NCBI RefSeq assembly: GCF_009834535.1
Contig: NC_045707.1
Span: 48,548,001 to 48,612,000, forward strand
Reading direction: 5' to 3'
DNA length: 64,000 nt
From: Camelus ferus
Lineage: Eukaryota
Shown: positions 37,775-49,300 of the stretch, piece by piece
Numbering within the stretch: the first letter of the stretch is position 1
How the letters are laid out: each line of letters begins with the position of its first letter
The notes under the pieces: model-generated
What the model was told of the DNA's origin: nothing
Database searches by the model: none
Seen by the model: the letters and a program-made list of their open reading frames with translations, nothing else
Position numbers and translations under genes: made by a program

Positions 37775-38670
37775 AAAGTTAACTACAAGTCCAGATGGCT
37801 TCCCTTATAAATTCTACCAAACATTTGGGGAATAAATGGTACATACTAATTGTACATAAAATCTTCAAGACAATTGAAGAGGAGAGAATACTTAACACAT
37901 TCTGTGAAGCCAGCATTACCATGATAATTCTAAAATCCATATAGAATTGAAAAAAAAATAGTTTTTAAAAAGTTTGTAAAATAGTAATAAGCAAAGAATT
38001 TATGCTACATGACTTCAAGATTTATTATAAGTCTATAGTCATCAAGACAGTGTGGGGCTTGCAAAAAAGTAGACATATAGATCAATATAATAGAATAGAG
38101 TCTAGAAATAGATCCACACATATATTTTCAATTTATTTTTGACTGAAGTTCAAAAACAATTCAATGGAGAAAAGATAATCTTTCCAACAAATGGTGCTGG
38201 AACAATGGGTATCCATATGCAAAGGAAAACATTGTCCATACCTTGCAGCTTACACAAAAATTAACACAAAATGAACCCTACACTTAAGTTTAAACTCTAA
38301 AGCCATAAAAGTTCTGTTAGGAAAATATTTCTTAGATACAACACAAAATAATGATTACTTAAACCATAAATTGGACTTTACAAAAAAAAAAAAGTAAACA
38401 ACTTTTGCTCTATGAAAGTCACAGAGGTGACTTTCCTCTGAGGAAAGGAACCCAAAGGCATTGAGGTCCAGGATATTATCTCTCAGGAGAATGGAAAGAC
38501 AAGTCACACACTGGGAGAAAATACTTGCAAATCACATACCTGATAAAGTATTTGTATCCATACTATATAAAGAACTTTTAAAATTCAATGATTAGAAAAC
38601 AAACAATATGATTTTTTTTAAAGCCAGTGATTTGAACAGTCTTTTCCAAAGAAGATATGATAAACAAATA
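37775..38670 (+). mobile_element. L1M ORF2 fragments with internal deletion
   Basis: aattctaccaaacattt...gaagccagcattacc; atcaagacagtgtgg; caacaaatggtgctggaacaa; ctgggagaaaatacttgcaaatcac. Confidence 0.85.
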
Positions 38671-40219
38671 GCAGAAGGGAAAAATAATAATTATGATGAT
38701 AATAAAAATAATAATAAATTTAGAAAGCAAAGCCTATAAGGAAATTCTTAATGAGTAAGGATCATTTAATTTAGAAATTTGAATTTACTCTTTTAAGTTG
38801 GAACCAATTAAACTGTGGGCCTGTGTTAAATTAATATAGGTGAGCCCTTTCTGCTACCATTTTTAGTTGTCTTTATTCGTGGTTTTATGTCTGTGGTTGC
38901 AAAATGCAAAGTCGGGAATTATTTGGTTTAGCTAAGCATCAAGATTGATTTAATATTTGCTCTGGTAAGATATAAATTTTCTCTGCTGCATTTGCAGTTT
39001 GTTTATAATGCTTCTTAGTTGTAAAACTGCAAAGGCCATTCCCTTTGGTGAAGGGGATGGGATGGAGTGGAGTGCTTCTTGAATAAAAAATTAGAAGGAG
39101 AGTCAAGAAATTATGTTGAGCTGTTAACCTCAAATGCAAATGATCTGATTATACATTTGTCTTGGAAGTAACATGCAGCTCAGGGCTTAAAGGAAAATGG
39201 CCAAGGATTAGATCCAGAGAGAAAGCTCTGAATTGATTTCCAGAATGTTCTGAAAACCCCATCAGAAGCAAAGGGGCCAACTGGGATCCAATTGTATTGA
39301 AGCCTTAATACCTTGATTAGGCATAAGATCCAAAAAACAAGGGGCTAAAGAGTCCATTTCATTCAAAGCCTACTCTGTGCTTGGCATCAGCAGACAGGGG
39401 AACACAGTCCTTTACAGAACAGACATGACCTCTGGGCTCTGAGTTTACAATCTGTAGTCAGCATTTGGGGGTGTAAAGATGAGGCTTCCATATTTAAATC
39501 TTTTCTTGCTCCAAATCAGGTCAGATTGCTGGATCTTAAGTTCATAGGAGCCAGTATTAACATTAGGCCACAACATAAAAATTGAAAACTGATCCAAATA
39601 GGTTGAGTGATCATCTTGGTCTCCAGGGCCAGAAGCTTTGTATCTAGATAGTAAGGCCTAATTCTCTCCCAAAGCTCCTCTGTAGGCCAAAGATAGCATC
39701 CCTTGGTGTCAAATAAGTAATTTTGTTATCAAGTAAGAATTGACCGTTTAGAGTCGGCCAACTAGCCCACGCACAAACCCTATATGTGTCTTTTAACTGG
39801 CCTTTACTCCAAAACATTTTAAATGAAGTATGTGTGCCAGGAATTTCAAAATTTTTAAGCTTCTCATGTACATCATCACATAGGAAAATTAGGAGATAAA
39901 AAGATGTTCACATGTTTCTAGGACTTGAGGGATTTTTTGGGTTTTTTTGTTTCCTTGCACTCTGTATGATAATTTAGAAATGCTTTTAGTCCATTTGGCT
40001 GATCTTAATGTTACTTAATTTTTATTTTATTTAAATTACCAAATGGGCCCCAGGATTCTAATGTATATTTATTTGAGCACATTTGTAGTAAGTAATCCAT
40101 TTTTAACAACTTTTCTAGAATTTGATATATTTTGGTAGAACATTAAAAGCAAGGGTTCACTTTTTGACAGATATTTTTGTATTAGTAAATATAATATTCT
40201 GGAATTGTTTGTTATACTG

Positions 40220-40435
40220 ATAATTAGTAACAATATACTGAGCACTTACTGTATGCAAAGCAGTGTGTCAGTGCTGACATAATTTAACTTTTAAAATAAC
40301 TCCGTAATGAAGGTATTATTGATACTTTAAACAGATTAGGAAGTTGAAGTTCAGAAGAGTTAAGTAAACTATTAAAAGTCCCGCAGTCAATACGACCCTA
40401 AAAGTCCTTCATCTTAACCTCTGCTCTGTATCACC
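40220..40435 (-). mobile_element. MIR SINE
   Basis: tactgagcacttactgtatgc...acagattaggaagttgaagttcagaagagttaagtaa. Confidence 0.7.
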
Positions 40436-41878
40436 TCACCACATTTAAAATTCCTTTGTTCTCAAGAAGCTAACATTCCAAACAGATGTTAATGTTATTA
40501 TTCTCTTTTGCCATTTCCACTCATGGTTTGACCTAAGTCTTGGGTCATCTCTAGTTTTGGTTACATGCAAAATTGGCCAAAGAATAACATGCATAAAAGG
40601 AAGAGATTCTGATGAATTTTCTACTGACTTTATTATCTCAGGACTTTAATGGAAGAACTTTTTTCATATTTCAAAGGGAGGACAAGCTCATTGTAAATAG
40701 TCTTTTATTATGCAATGTTCTAGACCGCAGTCAAACTACAAGGACCAATGTAATTGCACATGTTCCCGCCTAAAGCATATTTTCCATGTTCTCTTTTAGA
40801 AGCAGCAGCCAGGTTTGAGGTAGGCAAGAAATAGGAATGGTTGAACCACTAAATTGTTCTTTGTGATATATGTAGAGCAAAGGTACAAAGTGAAACTCTT
40901 AGAAAGCAAGGTGAATGTATGTGTTTTCATCTGAGAAGCATGACCTCTGATTTTTGCATTTTTCATGACCAACCATATACAATAGCCACCTACTTAGTAC
41001 AAAATTAATTGTTCATTTTTATCCTGGACCATCCGTAGTTTTTAATTTAGTTGTGTTGTTGTTTCCCTCTTAGAAAGGATTGAATGAGGGGCATCTAGTG
41101 CGTGTTTTAGGGACATAGATCCAGTTTATATTTTTGATGTATTAATTTCAGAATATTTAGTCCAATGTTTGGCTTAAAGAACTAAACAAATATATAATTA
41201 TAAGAATAAATTTATTTCATGATTTGGAGCCACTGCATGTTTGAATAAGAACATCGTTTTGTTAGGAAGCAAGTCAGGGTCCCTAAAATAGCATTATCCA
41301 TCCAGAAGTATTTTTTGAGTGTCATTTAAAAATTTTAAACACACACACTTGAAATCACTTTCTTAAAAATTTTTGATAACTGATTAAATGTGTTTTAAAA
41401 TGTTATGATGTGGTCATTTGAGATTTGTACTTTGAGATGGGATATACAGTTAGGGCTTTAGGAAAGACAAATTCTTTATCATGTTCTATATTGGAATGCT
41501 TCCTCTAATAACAATTGAATGAACAATTTATTTCACTCAGCACAGAACTATTTATTATTAAAGAGAAGCAGGAAGCCAGCTAGTAATATGGATAAGAAAA
41601 CTTTTCCTAATTAGGCAAGAGACTAGCTTTCATGAAGATCAACATCCTCATATCCTGGCAAATTAATCTCTCTTAGCGGGAACTGGAAAGAGGATACTGT
41701 CTTTATCTTCCACAAAAGGCAGTGTTATTTTTGTTATATGTGAGATAGAAGGGAGTAAGAGTGAGAAAAGACAACCTAATTCTACCCTTTGATTAGCTGA
41801 CTGTGAGCTTCTTGACATAGACGCCAAATAGTAAATTTCTTTTATTTCCCGTAATTCAGTGCCTTGCAGAAGTTAGAG

Positions 41879-41905
41879 GTGTGTGTATGTGTGTGTGTGT
41901 GTGTG
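41879..41905. repeat. Imperfect (GT)n microsatellite
   Basis: gtgtgtgtatgtgtgtgtgtgtgtgtg. Confidence 0.9.
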
Positions 41906-42319
41906 AAACCTTTTTTCACATTGGCTGTTAGGTTTCACTCCCTAGAAACACGAACAGAACGCATGGGTTTTACATAAAACCAGTATCAGAGCTATGAGAA
42001 GAAAAGAAATACAATGACACGTTTTATTTCAAGGAAATATGAAGATGGAGAACATATTTTTGTCCTAGTGGGAAATAAAACTAAGAGGACACTAAGAGAT
42101 AATAAGAATAGAGGAAAAGTGAGAAAAGTAGCAAATTGCACAGAGGAGTTTATTGTGAAACAGGTATTGGGAGTTTTCTTTAATCTTGTACATTTTGGAG
42201 TTATTTTGTGTTGTGATGAAAGTTTTAGCTGTGTGAATAAATTGTTGAAATGACTCTGTGTTAGAATTCTTTAGGGCAGCCATGGAGGTATGATGCAGAG
42301 ACTTCCTTTCGAAAGAAAA

Positions 42320-42746
42320 GCTGTCCAAAGAAGTACAGTTAGACCAGAGCCTCCAGGGCCAGGTGCCTTCAAGTTATGCCAACTGTGAACACGAGCCAAG
42401 GCCTCATGTTTCCTGCATGGAGCTCAGCCAGTGAGTATGGCAGTGGCAAGAAAGCTTCAGTTTGGGAGCAGCACAGGACTCCTCAAAAAGCAGGCTTTCC
42501 AAGGAAGTTCCCCATGAGGTTGGCTGAGATCCTCTGAGCTGAACTGCTGTGTGAGGCTCATCTACCCAGTCCTCTGGCTTTCCTTCTGTCTTTCACAGGA
42601 GCCAGAACTTTATCCCAGTTGGAAGGCTTTCCTTGGATGTTCCTACTTTCTTTGCCTTTTTCTATTTCACAGGTCTTTTTCCCCACCCAATATTTTTTTC
42701 CATGTTTAACTCAATGGCTTCTGCTTCCCAAAAGAACCAAGTGACA
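42320..42746 (+). mobile_element. LTR16-type 5' LTR of an ERV-L provirus
   Basis: catgaggttggctgag, tctttcacagg, ctgcttcccaaaagaaccaagtgaca end; directly followed by a HERV16-like leader. Confidence 0.7.
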
Positions 42747-45700
42747 TGATTGATCCTGGAAGCAGTCTGTGATAATCAGTGAATAAAATGGAGTTTGTCA
42801 ACTGGATCATTTGCTACCTAGTAGAAAATGATGATTCCTTCCCAAGTGGTGTGTGGAGATGGATAGTTTCTGGCATGAAACAGCAGTCCAGTTGATAAAC
42901 ATTTCATCAGTGGTAACTTTGGAGAAATGTCTTCTTGAACGTGAATTCCCTAGCTAGGAAAATACTCAGACACTTGAAAAATATGGAACGAAGAGCCCAT
43001 AGAAAGACAATGGAATTGGCTGATTATTAGTAAGTTACCTTAGTAAGACCTAAAGAGAGATGATGAGAAACTGAACATAGTTAAGAAATAGCTCAAATGT
43101 AAGTGTGAAAGCAGGAAGGCTTCTTGGGTAGCTTATAAACAGATTCTTACCTTTTGTAAAGGGTGAGTGTATATAGCTGGAGAGAAAATGCAGAATCTAG
43201 TATTTAGAGCCACTGGACTGCAAAGATGGTTGAATGTTCAGTTGGGGAATTTTCTTATGCTAAGATCAGAGCTCTGCTTGAGAAAATTTGGGGCGTGAAA
43301 ACATAGGACGAGTACATCTGGGTAAATTCCCCCAAAGTACTATAAACTGAAAGCCTGCAGAGAAGACCCAAACATCTGCGTGAAGAGCTAGAAATATTCC
43401 CTGCAGGAAGATATTTCAGAGGTTGCTCCCACATAATGTAAAAGGTATATCCCTCAGGAGTTACCTCCACTGTCTCTCCTGGCTTCTAGGCTGAAAAGTA
43501 AGGTTCAATTCCAGCATGACCCAGCTGTGGGATGAAACCATACTAGGACTGATGAACAAGAAAAGAGAGAATCACCCCAGGAATCCTCAAGAATTAGCCA
43601 GCATGTATTATTGAGAGTCAGAAAAGTATCTGTGGGATTGGATTTTCAGAGCATGTGATCAACAGCACTGAACAATGATTTTACCACTAGAAAATAATTT
43701 ATTGACTTGGCAGCATTCTCTTGAAACATGAGATTTAGCACTTCAGTAAAATCCCAAGGCATGGGGGAAATTTGTTGGTAGAATGGGTCTTAGAAATGCA
43801 GAGAAAGTCTTGATAATACTGAAATTCCTGAACTGTCATGCAAGATAGTGGAATGTAAAAGGAGTAAAAGACTCTGGGAAGTGGATGTGTTGGAGTGGGT
43901 GCAAAGTGTCATGCCAGGGAACCTGTCAGAGTAGTATTTTCCACGGAAGAACCAATACGACACGTAATTCACCAAGGCCACGGGGAGTGTGCTGATGAGG
44001 CAGACATCAGAATCACTGATTTGCTTCATCATGGCTCTTTTCTGAAGATCAGGGCCAACAGTGGGAGAAACTGTCACCTAGCTTAGCTTGTTAATAGCGA
44101 TAGAGACGATGGGGGCCTGAAGATTGAGTCCAGAGGCAGTGCTTCACTTCTGGAAATCAGGAGGCTGCAATGACCGTAACAACTAGCAGGGTTGGAGGGG
44201 CAATGAAAACGTCTTCATCTGCAGAGAGTTTTCTATGCCATCAGAAAAGATTAGAAACAGTTTGCATTCACACAGAACCCTCAATAATATACATGTACAT
44301 TTTTTTCTTTTAACTATGTGAACTCTCCTCTCCTCTGTCATCATATAGTCCAAAGAGATCAGAAACATTAGGAAATTTCACAGAACATCACATTGTTCCA
44401 TTACACTCAAGTTGATCAAGACAAAGAAAGAAGTGACTGAAAAGCTCAAAGCCTTGGTAAGACATGCGGATTCCAAAGTGTGATAAAACCTACAAAGTGT
44501 TAGGGACTTGCCACTTCTATTAAGATTTTAGATGTCCTATGTCCATTGTACTGGGTTATCCCTGTCAAAGTAATGGACAAATTGATGCATTTTTATTTTG
44601 TATCCCCACCACAAAGAAGGAAGCACAAAAGTTGACAGTCTTTTTTTGAGCTCTGTAGACAACCCATTCCACATCTAAGAATGTATGGCCCATATACTGT
44701 ATAACACAAAAGGCTGCCAAGTTTGAGAGGGGTTTGGAGTAGGAAAAGACTCTGTAGCAGGTCCAGGCTTCCTGCTGCTTGGACCTTATGATCCAGCAGA
44801 CCCTGTACTGTTGGAGGTGTCAGTTATGGGAAAAGGGACAATTTGAAGTATATACCAAGAGCTAGTGAAAGAATCACAACACTGGCTTCTGGGATCCTAG
44901 ATCAAGGTCTTACTACCTATAACAGAGAATTATAAACCTCTTAAGAAACAACTCCTGGGGTGTTCTTCAGTACTTGTAGAGATGGAAATGTTTGACCATC
45001 AAGTTAAACAAGTGACCACAAACCCTGAGCGTCCCAATTCAAGTGGGCCCAGTAGCAGTCCACCACAGAGTGAAAATGACACATCTTAAATATAGCCAAC
45101 TAGGGCTAGAAATTATAAACTGCATGAATAGGAAATACAGGCTCCCAAGTGATCCACCCTTGTTGAACCAGTGTCCTTCCCTCACCATGCAGCTAAGGTC
45201 ATATGCAGGGATCCCATAAGACCCCCTAAAGCAGAAGAAAAAGTGTGAACTTGATTTATGAATATGCCAGCTTGGTATAAGATTATGAGCTGAAAATAGA
45301 TGGTGGCTATGTTACAACCACAATCAAGAAAGGCCTTAAAATAAACTGATGAGAGGAAATTTCCCCAATGAGTGGCACTTCAAGTGGTATATTTGGTCAT
45401 ATATTTCATGAAGGATGAGAAGTAGCCTGGGGTGAGAAAATACATGGATTCATGGAAAGGGGCCAGCAGCCTCGCCAATTGGTTAGGGATCTGGATAGAA
45501 AAGTATCAAAATATTAGGTTAAGTGATACCAGATGTGGAAAAGTGTTGTGGAAAGATATTGATGGACATATGGCAGCAGGCAAAAAAATGTAAGATTTAT
45601 TTCATCACACATTCATTTCTATTAGAAAGCGTTCACCACAGAAGAGGCACCAAACAACTAAGTTTAAAAAATGGCTCAGTCAGTTGATATTAGCCAGTCT

Positions 45701-46290
45701 CTATCATTGGTCACTCCAATACAGGCACAGTGGGCAGAGTGGCCATTTTGGCGAACATGGGTGCCAAGCCTGGGCCCCATAGCATGGATTCCCACTTAAT
45801 AAGGCCATTCTAATTACCACTTCTAAATAGCCAACCTGTCAGCAATAGAGACCAACAATGAGTCCTTTCATGGCTCATTTCCTTTTATCCCTTGAGAAGA
45901 TCAATTGGCCACTTGGCTGAAAGTTGACTAGGTTGGGACCCTACTTTCCTAGAAAAAGCAGAGGTTTGTTACTCTAGGAAGAGACACCCATTCTAGGTGG
46001 GTTTTCTGCTCCTGGTTGCAGATCATCTGCTAGCACCACTATCGAGATGCTTAAGGGGTATCTGATCTACTGAGTTGGAATTATACACAAAACTATGCAG
46101 TGAAAATCCACTTCACAGAGAAAAGGGTACAGGAGTGAACCATGAAAATGGAATCCCTGGTTGTATTGCATGCCACGCTGTCTAGATGCTGCCAGCCTGA
46201 TCGATAGAGCATTGGAGTGACCTGCTGAAGGCTGACGCTGAAGCATGGGCTTGGAGGCAATGCTCAGCAAATACTGTGTGCAGGCTGAAC
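42747..46290 (+). mobile_element. Decayed HERV16-like ERV-L internal region (gag, RT/RNase H, integrase)
   Basis: gag FIDLAA at ~43700; integrase WLKVD*VGTL at ~45915 and decayed GIHWSYHVPHHPEAAGLIERWNGLLK-like text at ~46150-46230; no intact ORF. Confidence 0.8.
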
Positions 46291-46408
46291 TGACTACCAA
46301 GCCTGGCCATGGATGAGGCCCTGAGGCAGAAAGGCTGAGGGTAGCATGTCTAGTGCTTGAGTTGTGATGCTGTCAGCATCCTTAAAATGGCCAAAGTCAG
46401 AGGTGGGC

Positions 46409-47307
46409 TTTGAGATAATAGAAAATATATATATTGTTCTCTGTCCCCATTTCCTGGAACAGAACTCCTTAAACTCTTTTAATTTCCTAAGTGATAATAA
46501 CATACACAGGAGCATCTTATGTTCTAATATTTAGTCTTTGACCCTGGTACCTGACATAGAGCTCCTTAGTCCCTTGGAATTTCCTGGGTGACAGGAGTAT
46601 CTTTTGTTCTGGTGAGATGACTATTGGAGAGCCTCCTTGGTGGGGGCTGGTCACCAGGAGGGCCAAACCATGATTAGAAGCTTGAATTTTCAGCCCCATA
46701 CCCTATTCTCCAGAGAAGGGAGAGGGATTGGAAATGGAGTGAATCATCGATCATACCTACATGATGAAATCTCCATTAAAATCCCCAAAGTACAGGATTA
46801 GGAGAGTTTCAGGTCAGTGAACCCATGGAGATGCTGGGAGAGCTCAGTTCCCCTTCCCCTTGTCCTACTCATCTCTTCCATTTGGGTGTTCACCTGAATG
46901 CTTTATCAGATCCTTATATAATAAATTGGCACACAGTAAGTAAACTGTTTTCCTGAATTTTGTGAGCAGCTCTAGTAAATTAATTGAATCTGAAGAGGGG
47001 GTGGTGGCAACCTCTGATTTAGCACCTACCAGTCAGAAGCAGAGGTAACCACCTGGACTTGTAATTGGCATCTGAAGGGAAGGAGTGGGAGGATCAGTCT
47101 TGTGAGACTGAGCCATTAACCTGTGGGATCTGACGCTATCTGCAGGTGTAGTGTTGTGATGGAATTAAGTTGTAGGACATCCAGCTGGTGTCCCAGAGTT
47201 GCTTGGTGGGTGAAAAACCCCTCCCATCTGGTATCAGAGATATTGTGAGGGTGGTAATAATGTGAGAGTAAAGGGGAAACACGGGAGTTGTGCAGGTTTT
47301 CTTTACA
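46409..47307 (+). mobile_element. MER21A/B-type ERVL solo LTR
   Basis: tttgagataatagaaaatatatatattgttctctgtcccc...gttctaatatttagtctttgaccc...ctttaca; near-TSD TGGGC / TGGGT. Confidence 0.88.
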
Positions 47308-47339
47308 TGGGTTCAGATGACATAACTTGTGACACCAGG

Positions 47340-47572
47340 TGTTTGCATCAAACTCAGTCCACACTTGAGTTCCTACTCTCTGTCAAGAAAATAACATGTC
47401 CCAGAGAGTGACTGCTGCTTTTGTCTGGGTCTAGAATGATAAGATCTAAGGAGCAAGATCTAGTTGAGCCCTGGTCCTCAAGTAACATAGACAAAAACTA
47501 AATGTTTATGTTATAAGCCACTATGACATTATTTTAGAACTGCTTGTTATTTCACCCAGAATTGAATGATAC
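47340..47572 (+). mobile_element. MLT1-type LTR 3' part
   Basis: ttataagccactatg...tgcttgtta...gaatgataca end. Confidence 0.6.
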
Positions 47573-48684
47573 ATTAACCAAGGTTGGATTAAGGGGTATC
47601 ATATAGGTTCATTATCTTATTCTTTCTGTTTTTCTCATTTTAGTGCCAGAAGGAAAAAATTAGTAGAAGGCTCACTCTTGCCACTCATAGTAATGTAGAA
47701 TTTTCATTATAAAAATCATGAATAATGGGCATTTCAAATTTCTACTTTACTGCTTTTTATAGTTTTACCTAAGAAGACTGTATTACTATGCCATGATATT
47801 TCCAACTTGAAAAGTATTTCATAAAGAGTATTCTAGAAAGTTTATCTATTTAAGACATACTATCTCTAAAAACAAATTTAAAATACGTAATAAAGTCCTT
47901 TGAACAATCAATAAAACATTTCAAAGGTTATTATTTTTGCAGACTTGGGAATTTTTTTCATTGTAAACCTCTTCAAAATACATTTTTATGAAGAAAAACA
48001 CTCATTTAAAGTCAATAATGCGAAACAACTTTTTATTCATTTAATAATATTTAAAATACTAAAAAAAAACCTTAGCCAATTATAATATTAAGAAGTTAAG
48101 GCACTAATTCAAGTGATAGCTAATAAATCTGCACTCACAGAGTAAACCAGAACATAGTAGATGGCACAGGATTTTATAGAGTATTTCAACCTGCTTCTTA
48201 ATAAGATACAATTTGATGATCATCACAGAAACTATTCATTATCTACGTATGAAATTTAAGTGGATAGCAATGTTACTTATTCCTTCAACCACTAAATAAG
48301 AAAAACAACATAAAATGCCATTGAGTGATCTGAATATTTCTTTCCCGTAAGGACAAGGAAACTTTAACAGAGTTGTTTTTCCAGTTGCTTTCATCAGATT
48401 AAAGTGGCTTCCCACTCTCCCCTATACTCTTTCAAAATCTTGTGACTTAGGTTGAGGCCAAATTTAACATGTCTAAATACTATTTAAGGCCTGGGGAGAA
48501 ACAATCAAGCAGAAACTTTTGCTTAATGTCCCAATGCACTTGCAGTTTCAAGTTTAAAATCCACCCCAGCTGCTTGAAGTTCAGCTCGTACAGATTTCCC
48601 ATGGTCACTGCTCCTGAGGAATTATTTTTGGTCCTTATTTTCCATCTCCTTTTCTCTCTGTAGAGTCTTCCTCCTGCCATACAC

Positions 48685-48794
48685 ACACCAACTAGTCCTA
48701 GTTTTCCAGGGACTTTCCTGGTTTTAGAACTAGAAATCCAGGATCTTCAGAAACCTCTGAGGCACGGGGAAACTAAAGCAGTGGGTCACCCTTA
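48685..48794 (-). mobile_element. MER81 (hAT-Blackjack)
   Basis: gggactttcctggttttagaactagaaatcc...ggtcaccctt. Confidence 0.7.
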
Positions 48795-49099
48795 TCCTGT
48801 CCAGCCCCAATCCTGTTATTCCTGTTACCCAGTTTACCTCTATTGGTAAAACCTGCAGAGGTGTAAGCAGGGAAAGGAGGGAAGAACAAGTGAGGATATG
48901 AGGATGAAAATAATAGAGAAGCTTAAAAATGAATTAGGAATAGGAGGAAGGAATGGAGGCCAAATTCCACCGTGTTAAAGATGAGTACCCTCCCCTGGAC
49001 AGCTCGACTCCTCATTCCCATTGTCTGCTACATTTGGTCTAGTAGCTTTTTCTGCCCACCCCTCCCCATTCCACCTCACCCCTCGCTTTCTGGAAGAGG

Positions 49100-49300
49100 T
49101 GGTTGAGAACATTAACCCTGATCCAAATTCTGGGATCCAAATTCTGGGATCCAAATTCTGCCACTACCACCTAAGAGCTGTGTGCAGCTGGCTTGACCTC
49201 TATGTCCTCATAAACTCTGAATGAAAGTAACGCCTATCTCTGAGTTGTTGCTAAAGGAGTTAATATATGTAGAGCTGAATAATTCTCTACATTATTACTT
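49100..49300 (+). mobile_element. MIR SINE containing a 14-bp triplication
   Basis: ctgccactacc...gctgtgtg...acctctatgtcctca; GATCCAAATTCTGG about three times at 49120-49160. Confidence 0.6.

Noticed and set aside
34020..46290. Intact or domesticated retroviral gag/pol gene
   Set aside because: Frames are full of stops and frameshifts, and the RT and IN catalytic motifs are decayed.
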